DNA of 63,586 nt, filler included, from Nemertoderma westbladi (GCA_032718475.1; 3 parts of 3 records of this genome joined end to end with filler, not necessarily neighbours in it), one strand, 5' to 3'. Positions 33,601-45,575 are shown, counted from the whole stretch's first letter. The notes: generated by a model not told the origin, from the sequence alone. Made by a program: numbers and translations.

Positions 33601-34335
33601 TATTTGGCTGAGGCTACGAGGTTTGTGATCCCTGAGCCAGATCTGTAAATTCTGAGGAAGGAATGCTAAGAACTGTTCCATTAAAATGAGTTCTTCCAGC
33701 GAAATTTCCTCTTCCCCAACATCGAGAGTTTGTTCCTGAACCCATCGTCGGAAAGTTTCTCTAATCCGCTCCGAAAATTCACTGTGTGATTCGCTATCCT
33801 TTTTCCTATCTTGTCTAAACCGCAGCCGTAGTGCTTCCATGTTAATATCGTACCGCGCACGTATAATTGCTTTAACCAAGTCGTAATTATTTGCTTCATC
33901 CCCCGATAATGATGAAAACGCTGCTAATGCCTTTCCTGTTAACTGACCTCCAAGTTGTGTCGCCCAGACCGATTTTGACCAACCCTGGAGCTTCGCCGTC
34001 CATTCAAAGAGAATTAAGAAATGTTCAATGTCGTCATCTTCCTTCAGTGGACGCAACATCGGTTTCGGCGGTTTATCCCGATCATGAACTCCTGAATTGT
34101 TTGCAACCGTAGCAGCAAAGTCCGACATCACTTTAGTGAGAGCGTGTGTTTGTGTTTGTTGTTGATCTAGGACCAGTGAAATCAGTTGTTGTTGCTGTTG
34201 TAAAATGTTCTCTAACATAACATTTCCGACTGGACCAGCTCCTCCACCGCCTGGATCGCCACCTTCTCTCGAATCCCGAAATCCTATACCGTATTGAGAC
34301 AATAAATCCCGAGGTTGACCGACAAGAAACAAGAT
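30683..34335 (-). mobile_element. Ty3/Gypsy gag(SCAN)-PR-RT-RNase H, degenerate; no integrase or LTRs seen
   Basis: Gag with SCAN-like LRLRFRQ...ELILMEQFLAFLPQNLQIWLRDHKPRSL..ADEY; protease LIDSGS; RT WSSPIVL, RFCVDYRKLN, LDLASGYWQ, YIDD; RNase H LETDAC...NADVLSR. An in-frame TGA at 33199-33201 and a frameshift near 31615. Confidence 0.93.
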
Positions 34336-34354
34336 TACTACTACTACTACTAGT

Positions 34355-34714
34355 AGTACAATGCACACATCTCCAACCAGACACTATATAACATTGGAGG
34401 TGTCTCATTGGTTCCCCCAAGCATGACACTAGAACAAAATCGCCTCCGCTTTGCAGGACATTGCTTTCGCCGTGAGGACCAGCCAGTGCATAATCTTGTA
34501 CTTTGGCAGCCTCATGGAGTGAATAAGCATGGTGGACAGCCCATGACTTTCTTGAGACGCATCTTAAAGGACACTGGCCTTAAAGATGCGGATGATCTAG
34601 CAAATGTCATGGGTGATAGGGAGTTGTGGCGGTGCAATTTTGTTGACAAGCCGGCACAGCATTCTTAAAAATGCAGCTGCAAAAAGCAGCATGCCGATCC
34701 TAGTAGTAGTAGTA
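34355..34714 (+). mobile_element. RTE-type LINE 3' fragment inserted at the 5' end of the SCAN-Gypsy gag
   Basis: ORF 34408-34668 (RLRFAGHCFRR...LVLWQP..G...DRELWR) is a typical RTE C-terminus; (TAG)n tail from ~34701. Confidence 0.88.
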
Positions 34715-35177
34715 GGTAGGCCTATTTAAATTTCCACGCAGTCCGTACGTGTAGTCGAGTCGCTAATCTCGGTGGGAAGTTGTAAACCACCCTCTCCCGC
34801 CTCATATCATAATGACACTCATCTCCATACAGTCATATCTAATATAATCAGTACATAATAAGAATAACATATATACTCCCGAATAACATAACTCTCTGAC
34901 TGATACCGGTACTACTGTACTATCATACTCGCTGACTCCTACCAGTACATAATAATAATGTAACAACTCTGACTCAGACTCAAAAATACTGTAGTTTTCG
35001 GTAATCCTCCTTCATTCCCGTCACCACATACAGTACTAGAACATAAGAGTCTCTACAATTGCTCAATATTAATATGTATCTCATAACTAAGCCTCGTGCT
35101 GCGCGAAGGCTCCACGAACGTGTACTTTGCTCAAATATGAGTTACTGTAGACTAGATGTTTAATGCTGTTGTACTGG

Positions 35178-35522
35178 CGCCAGAGGGTAAAAAGAACAAG
35201 TGTCGCGGACACGTAGGTAACTGGTATATTAATATACATAAAATGATTACTGATACGGTTATTTAAGTTACATATGATATGGGTAAAGAATGGCTAGAGT
35301 AATCATACGATCATACGATGTACCAGTATCACGGTAACAGAGCAGGTCTGCTATCCAGCAGTCAGGTTAAGGGTGATACAGCTCTGCAAGTGTGCAGAGC
35401 CAGGTAATCAGATAGTCTGATTCCTGCTCACCAGGGGACCGGTCTTACAGTATGACATCACCCGGTGTGATCTAACTAGTGACTACATAAGGTCTGTCAA
35501 CCGGCTTGATGGTTGGCTGGCG
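35178..35522 (-). repeat. 3' LTR (345 bp), preceded on the minus strand by a polypurine tract
   Basis: Matches 40815-41166 apart from substitutions and a 7-bp indel; PPT AGAAAGAAAGAAAAAAAAGGGAT at ~35525-35547. Confidence 0.93.
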
Positions 35523-38500
35523 TGATCCCTTTTTTTCTTTCTTTCTACTTTACCTTTCGACAGTTAGTTCTGCCCTTTTACGAATTGCAAATATAAAAAG
35601 GGTGCCGGCATTGACTAATGATAAGGCCTACCTAACTTACTTTCAGTTTCTCGCGAATAGGTACGGTACGTTTTATACTACAACTGCATGCACAGTTAAA
35701 TAAGGACAATTAACCACCGATCGGCTTTCCTACTAATAATACTACAAATAGAATGAATAACGCATGAAGACGCCTAACTAAATTATTTTCAGTTTTGTAC
35801 GGACAAGGTCAGTCAGTTTCTCAAATACTACGACGAGTTTATAGCGGATTGTAACAGACTGGCAAAAAAAACAGGCTATACTAAAGGGATGCAAATATGC
35901 AAACAAACTAAGGGCCAATAGTAATGGCCACTGTAACGCACAGGATACCATAAACACGTAGGAAAACTTTAGTATTGTGGTGTAATCATGGTAGAGGAAA
36001 CCCATAGTAGTCTGGTGGGCGCGTATGACGCTGAGGACGCCGGGTGTGTGGCGGGACATTGTCCACATTGTCGAACCCGAGGAACACCTCATCTAGGGAC
36101 GAAGAGGGTGACGGGGAGCGCGCTGGTGCTGGAGGGGGTATAGTTAGATGCACAGAAGGTACCGGAGGAGAGGCCTGGTAATGTCGCTCACCAGGCGGTT
36201 CGGTGTCAGCTGGTCGCGGGGGAGGTAGACCCGCAGACCCCTCGTCATCGTTGTTGGACGAGGGTTTGTCGACCGCAAGCACCGAAGTATCGCGGTAGGG
36301 TACGCGATAACATTTGGACCGCGGAACCCGATATGCCTGCAAACGCAGTTGGCAACCGACGAACTTCCGGACACTTACCCAGGATTGGACTGTTGTCGCT
36401 ACAATGTACCGGGGTCGTCCCTGTAGTTGCGGCGAATTGGCGTAGAGGTAGACGATATCTCCTACTTTTACGGAGTATCTCTAGTGGAGCGACTGGGATG
36501 CGGATTTTTGGACTGTGCACTATGGGGATGATTGGCCAAACGACGGCAATGTTGCTGGTCGATAAGCTCAGAATCGATGAGGGGGAGTTGAGCGCCAGTA
36601 AACTGATCGCATTGGAGCGGAATTTCTCGGGCGGATATGCCGCTTGACCGGATACGCGCATTTAACCGGGTGACGGCGAGGGCGAGAGACACAACGGAGT
36701 AGGGTCCCCCAGAGGGATGGAGTTTAAGGAGTTGATCTTCTAATTTGCGGACGGCGTGTTCCGCGACCGGATTTTAGTCTTTATTTTTGGTGCATCCCAA
36801 CTCAATACAGATATGGTGGGCAGATAAAACTTTGTCGCCAACTAAAGCGCGGCGCATTGGGCGCACTACGAGTGGATGGATGTGATGGCTTCTTCCATGT
36901 CGAGGTCGTAGAAGTACCGCAGAAACGTAACGCGCAGCTGGGTTCGCGACGGGTGTTGCAACTCGAGGTGCAGTGATGTAAGGAGACCAGAGAGCGCATG
37001 GCGAGGGACAAGGATCATTTCCCGTGGAGTCGAGAACACGGTGTGTCGAGGAACAACGAGGAGTCCGTCCATGGCGACGGACGCGCAGCCGATGTACCGC
37101 TTAACGTCGCGGATGGTCGTTCCCTTCTTGGAGGGACACGTGCCCTGTGTGAGGTGCGCCTTGGCACGATGGATAGATGCGCATTCCTGCTTTGTGACAA
37201 GCCAGGTACTACGGGTGGCGTACAAGGGATGCGCTAGAAGGGGGGGGGGGGGGGGGGGGTCTTTGGTGAGACTCGCCGTACGGATGATGGGTTCGTCGGC
37301 AAGCTGATTAACGAAGTCGCAGAACTGGCACTGTGGATTAATACACTCGGGAATACTGAGACTTTGGAAGTCAGCTGGTAGGTTGCGCGAATCCTGGATA
37401 TGGACCACGAGGAAGGAGAACTGGCTCACCGTGGCAAGGAAGGTAGTGAGTCTCGGACTGTTGGAGTAAGCCCCACAAGTAAGTTTAGCGAACGCCTGGA
37501 CGTAGGGTTTACTATCGGTGACAACAGACGTGCGGGTAGTAGCGTGAGTGATATAGGGAGCGAAGTGATGAACAGCTGCAGCGATGGCGAGTGCTTCCAA
37601 TTCGCAAGGAAGCCATGTAGGTTGATGGGTTTGCAACTTTGAGGAGTAGAACCCGGCGATGAGGAGTTTCGACTCGCGGCGGATATACAAGACAGTGCCC
37701 AGTCCATAGACGCTGGAGGCGGCGTCAGTGACAATGAACAGCTTGACGGAGGGCCGTGGGAGAACCACAGTGCAGCATGTTTTCAAGGCGGCCTGAGCGC
37801 GCCGGAATGCACAAGTCAAAGGATCCGTCCACTGAACGATATCAGAGGAAGCGCCGACTGCAAGTTCGTCGAGGTCGGAGAGAAGTGCTGCGCAATGGGG
37901 AGAACGCGCGCGAGGACTTTATACGATCCCAGGAAGGAACGGAGGGACCGGACAGTGCCAGGTTTATCGCAGGTTGCGAGGGCTGAAACGACATGAGACG
38001 ACGCGGTCAGGGAGCCAGCAGTCCATTGCCAGCCAAGAATGGTAGTGGAATGCGGGCAAATGACAGTCTTCTTGGGGGATAAACGTAAGGAAGAGCGTGC
38101 GAGGGCTGTGAGTAGCGCGTTAAAGTTTGCAGCTAATTCGGATATCGTGTTGCCGCCACATTACAAATTATCTGTGAGTTTACTGACGGCGCCCTGCTTG
38201 ATAAGTTCCCCAAGGACACGGCACATCAGTTCTTCCAAGGCGGTCTCGGATCCGGGCATACCCATAGCGCAGCGGGTATAGACTCGTTCGCCGTGGAATG
38301 GTGTAACAACGCCGCAGAACTTCATGGAGTTGCGACTAATGGGGATCTGGTAGAACGCACTTGTTAAATCGGTTTTGATAAGGAACTTATAGGAGGCGAT
38401 TTTGCGCAGGGTAGACTCGACACTAGGGAGGAGTTCACTGGGGTTTAGCATACCGGGCAATCTCGTTAAAGGCTGTAACGAGACGGGTTCCTTCATTGGG

Positions 38501-40803
38501 TTTGGCGACGAGGAAGGAGGGACTGAGGTACTCCACATGTACCCCTGCGTGTTCGGGTGTAGCGAAGACACCGCGTTGTTCGAGTTTGTCGAACCGGTCC
38601 TGCAACTCGACGAGGCGGTTGCGGCCGTATTGGGGTACGCGTCCTTTCTGTTGAGGGGGTAGAGTTGTTCCCATGTTGACAACGGCTTCGTAGGGGCCCG
38701 CGGCGCCATTGTATCCGGGGTACTCGGCTTCGAATACCGTAGAGTGGGCAGCGAGGACGTCAGAAAACTGGCAGCGTTCAGCGCTGGTGAGGATGTTGTC
38801 GGGGTCTAAGCGTACGCCGTTGACGGAACGGGGGTTGGGGCGACAGGTAGAGCGCGATGTAGGCAGTGGGACTGTGTCAACGGCAGCGGTCGGTATTGCC
38901 GCCGGTTGGATAGGTGTTGCCAAGCAAACGTGAGAGTTCCGTTTGATCCTGATGGGGATCTGGGTGGCGTTGCGGATGGCGACGGAACCGTCGCACACGT
39001 CGGCAAGGAACGGTTGGAACCAGGGCTCATTCGGAGACATAGTTGGATGGTCGGGTGCCAGTAAGAGGGGCACGGAACTCGCTACTGGTAGAGTGAGATC
39101 CGTGTCTGGCCAGACTACGACAGACCGGGTAGATGCGCGTACCAGTGTGGACTCGGGTCTTCGCGGGCGCGTGGAGGTTGAGTGCTGGCCTCCGAAGGGT
39201 ATTGTGGTGCCGTCCGGGAGGGAAATCGTCATATGGGCGGGACGTAGCGTTATATCATTGCGGTATAGGAACGGCATTCCACAAATGATGGGACATCCAA
39301 GCTCCGGGACTACGAGACCATTAAACTCAAAGGGGGTCGAGCCACGGTGGACGACAAAACACGTTTCGCTGGTAACCTTCATCTTAGACTGTTCATTGGC
39401 CTGTTCGGGAACCTGGCAACTACTTGGGGAGATCTGGCCGCCCAGCTGGCGGGCGAACGCCTCCCGGATGAGATTGGATTCTGCGCCACTGTCGAGTAGC
39501 AATCGAAGTGGACGGGACTGATAATTGGCTTCTAAGACGGGGGAACGCATCACAGCAACTCGGCGGGCCACTGGTGGTTGGTTGTAACTCATTGGGAAAT
39601 CATCGGGGGGGTTGTACTCGTCATTGGAACTGGCGGAATAGGCGATATCGATGGCGCGAGTCCGGATGAGGAACTGTTTATCCTGATCGGGGAGGAACGG
39701 GCAGGTACGGAGGAAGTGGTCGAAGTCCTTGCATTGCGCCTGCTTGCACAGGGGGCAAATCCGGGCAGGCCGTGTGCGGTGCTGTAAACTATGGCGGTCC
39801 AGCTGGCGCACACAGTTCGGGTGGCGCGGGGCAACCTCCGTCGTCTGGGAGCGGAACGTGCGCACGTCGGCTGACGCGCGGAGCTCCTCCAAGAGGGACG
39901 GCATAGCCTGGCTGATCTCGGCCTTGACGGAAGCCAAGGTGCGGGAACGAAGTTTGCAGCCACATCGTTGCTTAACCAACGCCGGTAAGTCCTCGTGGAT
40001 GAGACGTAACCAAGTCAACACGAGAAAGTTCTCCACCGTGGGGGATATCTCTTCGGCGGTGGCGGGGAGCTCGCCGTGGTGGGTAATCCCCCGAGGGGTG
40101 AGAGGAGGTTGTCATCAAAAAACGCTGCGAGACGTTGGAAAAGGTCTTCATGGCGTTCCTCGTGTTCGAGGTGGATGGTGGAGAGATCTAGGAAGTGGGA
40201 GCCTGTCCGTTGAAAACCGTAATGTAATCGGAGGGCTTGCCAGACGTATGAAAGAGATGTAGATTTTAGTACAATGGTGTTACGCGCAATTACCTGCGCA
40301 TAGTTGGCGATTTGGCGCAGCATGAACTCGAGGGAGACGAGTTGTTGCTGTGCGGTACGTCGTTGGGCGTCCGGAACACTGGCGGCGTCATCGACAAGAC
40401 CCCGGGTTGGACTCGCAGGAGAAGCCTTCTCCCATACTGCGCAAGCAGCGTTAAACCGCGCAAACTCTGGGTCGAGGGACAGACTATAAATCAACGTCTG
40501 GTGCCAGGACTCGAATGACGTGATGGATTCCTGAGTAGTGAGTTTAACTAAGTGTGGAGCCTTTAGGTGTTGATTCGCCATGGTGAATGGTGGATCGGGT
40601 TGGATACTGCGTGAGTCCGCAGTACCTGTTAGGTAAGTAGCAGCCTAACTGGTGGGTGTATCGCCAGTAGGTACCAGTAATGGCTGACTGGATAGCAGGA
40701 AGGCGACAGAGGGAGCTCTGACCCCGGGTCGCCTGGTGAAGAGAACATGTAGCGACTCTGACTTGCTGCTGACAGGCTGAGAAGTGAGAATCGAACTCCG
40801 AAA

Positions 40804-40814
40804 CGCTGCCACCA
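40804..40814 (-). promoter_or_regulatory. Primer-binding site TGGTGGCAGCG
   Basis: Directly follows the 5' LTR; complementary to a tRNA 3' end ...CGCTGCCACCA (tRNA-Leu-like from recall; identity is inference). Confidence 0.8.
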
Positions 40815-41166
40815 CGCCAGAGGGTAAAAAGAACAAGTGTCGCGGACACGTAGGTAACTGGTATATTAATATACATAAAATGATTACTGATTCGGTTATT
40901 TAAGTTACATATGATATGGGTAAAGAATGGCTAGAGTAATCATACGATCATACAATGTACCAGTATCACGGTAACAGAGCAGGTCTGCTATCCAGCAGTC
41001 AGGGTAAGGGTGATACAGCTCCGCAAGTGTGCAGAGCCAGGTAATCAGATAGTCTGATTCCTGCTCACCGGGGGACCAGTCTTACACCTAGCAGTATGAC
41101 GTCACCCGGTGTGATCTAACTAGTGACCACACAAGGTCTGTCAACCGGCTTGACGGTTGGCTGGCG
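40815..41166 (-). repeat. 5' LTR (352 bp)
   Basis: Direct repeat of 35178-35522; terminal inverted repeat CGCCAG...CTGGCG. Confidence 0.93.
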
Positions 41167-41379
41167 TGGGATATACTGTATGTTTAAATCTCTATGTGAC
41201 TTGGCCACCTCCTATCTCCTGCACTCTTTTTAGTCTTCTCATCACTTCTATAAAGGATCTCCGAAGATGGGAGTTTGGTATTCCTTTGATTCAATAATCG
41301 AGGGACGAAGTTGGGCCAAGGATTCAATCGGTTGCCTTAAACTAAGTTATTAATGTCACGTTTTTGTGCTATCGGCTAA

Positions 41380-41850
41380 TAAAGGTGACATATTGGTTTG
41401 TGGATTGCAAAGTCTTTCAGGGATAAATCCCGTAACACTTAATGTGGCCCCATAAATAAAAATTCCAAGGTGTCAGATCCGGGGAAGCGTGGTGGCCACA
41501 GCACTAGTCAATCTCTGCCAATCCAACGTCTGTTAAAATGGAACTCCTAATAATTCCATACGATAAGTCACCCCAGTGTGGCGGCGCACCATCTTGCTGG
41601 AACAAAATATCACGATGATGGATTCCGAACACAGGGACAAAAAATCTAAATTTTGGAGATATCAAATCTAAATAACTGGCACTTATAACAGTTTGTATCA
41701 AAAAAGTATAGACCAATTAATCGTGTGCGAGTCAGCTGCCCATATAGTGACTTTTGGTGAGTCGCGAGATTTTTGAGTGATTGAGTGTGGGTTTTTCTTT
41801 CCCCAAATCCTAGAATTCCATCAATTCACCCGGGTAGTTATGAGGTAGAC
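41380..41850 (-). mobile_element. Tc1/mariner transposase relic
   Basis: FQQDGAPPHW in ORF 41504-41716 and frameshifted WPP..PDLTP..FYLWGHIK at ~41440-41500. Confidence 0.85.
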
Positions 41851-41957
41851 TCATTACTAAAGAATACCTTTGCATAAGTCCTTTAGTTTCTAGAAAGTTC
41901 ATTATCTGGGCCGCATTACTGACACATTTGGTATAGTTGTTGTGTTCAATTGCAAGT

Positions 41958-42356
41958 ACACGAAGTGGGGACTTCGCGCAGCACGAAGTTGGCAGAGCCT
42001 TAGCGAATTGACACTGTTAGGGGGTAGGTCAATTTATGCAAATAGTCACGTTGGCCCTCTAGCGGCAGACTGGAGAACTGCAGATGGATTCGCCTCCTTT
42101 GAAAGTCACAGCTAATGGTCTAATACATATCTGCCAAGTTTCAGCTTAAACGGATTAAAAGCAAAGAAATGGGAGGGCATTTAATGTTTAGACATGTGGC
42201 CCTCTAGCGGGAGACCATTGCACTGATGGTGTCTGAAAGTCTCTCAAAAATCTCAACTTTTGCTCATATTGATACCTACAAATTTTCAACTTGGCAGCTT
42301 TAAATCCGACAAAGTTATTAGCATGTCAAAATCGTAACGACGACGACGACGATGAC

Positions 42357-42395
<39 letters not shown>

Positions 42396-42490
42396 AACGA
42401 CGACGACGACAACTATTTGCATAAATTGACCCACCCCCTAACAGTGTCAATTCGCTAAGGCTCCGCCAACTTCGTGGCTCGCCCCACAGT
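41958..42490. mobile_element. Non-autonomous element with ~65-bp subterminal inverted repeats, terminal hairpins and a (CGA)n microsatellite (HINE/DINE-1-like)
   Basis: 41982-42046 is the near-perfect reverse complement of 42412-42476; (CGA)n at ~42338-42411; a related end at ~43973-44010. Confidence 0.8.
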
Positions 42491-42640
42491 ACATATGAGT
42501 TAAATTTTGATTGGTTTACTTTTGAGTTTCTTAACAACTCATTGAATACTGACTGCAGCTTAATGATAGTGATGCCCGCCTCAGTGATGTTTTGGGATTC
42601 TGGATAAAATCGGCCTCAATGATATAACTGGCCGGTTATC

Positions 42641-42833
42641 TACCTTTACGGTTGCTATTGAATACAGCCCACTCTTACGGATGGATTTAACCTATATCCT
42701 AATACAATCTATGGATGTTAAAACATATAAACAATATGATTCGTTTGCAGTACAGGTCATAACTGCTGCTGAATTAGGATACAGATTAAATCCATCCGTA
42801 AGGAGGACTGTATTCAATAGCAACCGTAAGGTA
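42641..42833. mobile_element. MITE-like element with ~60-bp inverted repeats
   Basis: TTACGGTTGCTATTGAATACAG..CTTACGGATGGATTTAA..TATCCTAAT mirrored by ATTAGGATA..TTAAATCCATCCGTAAG..CTGTATTCAATAGCAACCGTAA. Confidence 0.8.
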
Positions 42834-42872
42834 GCTTACCACCTATAGCAAATCAATCGGAAAGATGCAGGA

Positions 42873-42943
42873 GCCTCCGTGGCGTAGTGGTTAGCATACA
42901 TGAACGTTTATCGGGAGACGCGGGTTCGATCCCCGTTGGTGGC
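42873..42943 (+). mobile_element. tRNA-derived SINE head or tRNA pseudogene
   Basis: A-box TGGCGTAGTGG, B-box GGTTCGATCC, imperfect acceptor stem, no convincing anticodon stem, followed by a T6 run. Confidence 0.7.
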
Positions 42944-45575
42944 GAATTCATTTTTTCCGCTCCATTTGAAGTAGAGTTGGACCATCTGATGTCCTGTTTA
43001 AATTAAATTACTTAATAATTTATATAATCTATGGATGTTAAAACATATTAATTAATTATAACACGATATAATAAACCATTTGATATGCCATAATATACCA
43101 GCACCAATAATTATATTTTGTATTAATTAATTATATTTAATTATATGTGGATATGCACAAGTATAACGCCCCGAATTCAATAATTCCCCGCCAAACCCAC
43201 CACACGGATCATTTATATGTTAAAGCATATAATCAATAATATTATATATTATTTTGTTATTTCATTTTGACCTAAATACTAAAATGATTGGTATTCATCT
43301 TTACAAAAATTTTCTCATCTCTCCCAACACCAGCAAACAGTACTGTACCTATTTTTAAGTGACTTGAGTGGTTTTTATATTTTTTGAAAAAATATAAATT
43401 AAAATGTATAATATTAATTGGTAAACCACCTGACAAACGTACACACCTCGAATATAGTGTCGTTATTCAGGTACCTGCCCCCTCCCCCATCACACCCCCC
43501 CCCCCCCCCCCCATTTTTCTACAAAATGAGAATGCATGAAATTTGAAATAGTGTTAGATGCACTCAATTCCTTTTGGGTAAGTGAGTCAGAATTTTTATT
43601 TTTGAGTTCATTCTTTAGCTACAAGCGTTTAAAAAAGTTGTCTCCATCGAAAGGACCGGAAGCGCCTGTTACCTCCACCGGAAGCGCCAGTTACATCGCA
43701 GTTATTCTTCAACATTATAGTGACTTGTTGGTACTAGAGGAAAGCTGGCCGTACAAGGAAGGAATCTCAATTAAGTAAAAAACATTTTAATTTGGTTGGG
43801 AAATAGCTGAGATATGGGCGTTCGAAAGTTGCATGTATTTGCTTTGGCTATAGGCCATTTATTCAGTATTATATAATATTCATTAATAAATTCAAAAATA
43901 GTCTGTAACATTTTGTTTATCTTTTAAGTAGCTTGGCAACAATGCCATGCCTATATGATAATACTATAGTTCTGTGGGGCGAGCCACGAAGTGATTGAGC
44001 CTTAGCGTAGTGGTACCATTAATCAACCTGTCGTTCTGTCGTGTTCAATTTTAAACGTTAATAACTCGGCCAATCTTTGATGAAATCTATCCAAACTTGG
44101 TACACATGTTGTTTGGCAAAAGTTTAGAAATTTTCCAAGTAGAATTTCCGTGTGGCCTTTGAGAAGCTAAGATAATAGCAGTTAATTAGTTAATTAAGTT
44201 GATTACGGTAAAAACACCATTTTCAACCTGCCTTTTAAACTGCTGCTGCTGCTGGTAGGATAGCATTGATTCCCCATCCATTCACTCACTCTCCATTCAA
44301 CTGGCTGACTGGAGAGTGGAGGTGTGTTTAGGTATCGGGTTCAATGACATTAATATTATTACTAAAGTAACGTCGGGATGTTAATATTCACTGCAGCTAT
44401 GAGTCTCTCTGGTTAGTTGAATGAATGAAATAAATTATTGTTTTACTGTTCCGAATATCAATGTTTATTTCTGTAGGCCAACTTACTGTATTATTATTTA
44501 ATCTAAATGTACATAATAGTTTAAATAAATTATTTCACAATTTCATTCCAATTCATACTGCTTACGCAACCATGCTAATTAGGTATATTAAATGGCAGGA
44601 TTGTTTTTAATTAAAATTTTTACAGAGCAAACAAGTATATTATTGTATTTAACTGAAAGTTAATTTATTTCGGTAAGTAGGCCTTGTGGTTTGTTAGTTT
44701 AGTTAGTATAATAAGTATCAAATATATTACGTGCTGCTGTACAGTAAACGCGGCTTTGCGTTATTGAATTACAGAATTGGCGGTACAAAGTACATTAATA
44801 GGGATCAGGCATATGCATTTATATAATTGTTGTTGTAAATGTACAATAATATGCGCGACTTTTATTTTAGTAACTGCAATGTGTATTTCATTTGTACCTG
44901 CAACCCATTAAAAAGGGCAGCTGAACTTATCGCGGACAGGCTGACTATTCACCATAAAAAAAAACCCAAATCGCCGCAGTTCCACTTACAGTTCCATATT
45001 ATTCTGTTTTGCAATTCAACCCAATTTATCTGCTCTCTGCTACACGCGGTTTTATCCACGAGTTTTGTAAAGTCCCGACTTATCGGGAATGACATGAACT
45101 TAGCGTCCGGAATATTCTGAACAGATTAAATCTACTTGGCGCTGGAATACTGCATCCCGTTGTACCAGAAGTTATTAAAACATACCGGCCCCTCAAATGC
45201 GCTTGCAGTGGGTTAGAGAACAACAAATACCGCTCCAGTACAACCGCTATTTTGATAAGGTCCAATATATAATATATATATTATGGTCCAACATATGATA
45301 GTTTACTAATCAGCTAATAGCCCTATTTATTCGTGAGATTTCAATTTATAAATAAAACTAATATACGAGCTCATATGAGCTCAATTGATTGATTGATTGA
45401 AGGTATGACCGTTGTTGTGGGGGACTAGGTCTACCTGTCTAGCAGCTAATAACTCGTCCGTGGAGAGAATAATATAAGTCGAGGAACATAACGAAACGCG
45501 TTCAATTTATTTATTTATTCCAATTGGGGATTCTTTCTAACGCGGTAATGCGGTGCTATTAAACATCAACACATT

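Larger units (their letters stand above)
35178..41166 (-). mobile_element. Two-LTR Ty3/Gypsy-like retrotransposon with decayed gag-pol
   Basis: Near-identical LTRs at 35178-35522 and 40815-41166; gag from 40581 (MANQHLKAP...SFESW...YSLSLDP), Zn knuckle, protease LLDSGA, RT ([24 protein letters not shown]), RNase H (VTDAAS...CELEALAI) and integrase remnants; several frameshifts and stops. Confidence 0.95.

Noticed and set aside
33199-34368. Hydrophobic signal-peptide-like N-terminus (MCIVLLVVVVVILFLV) on Gag
   Set aside because: Produced by the RTE insertion junction and the (CTA)n run read as Val codons.
35009-35027. TGGTGACGGG as the PBS of the SCAN-Gypsy element
   Set aside because: No adjacent LTR with a matching 3' copy, and I cannot match it to a tRNA 3' end.
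42286-42537. Arg-rich protamine-like ORF
   Set aside because: Translation of a (CGA)n microsatellite within a non-autonomous element.
42873-42943. Functional tRNA gene
   Set aside because: The anticodon arm does not pair and the acceptor stem has a mismatch; a SINE head or pseudogene fits better.
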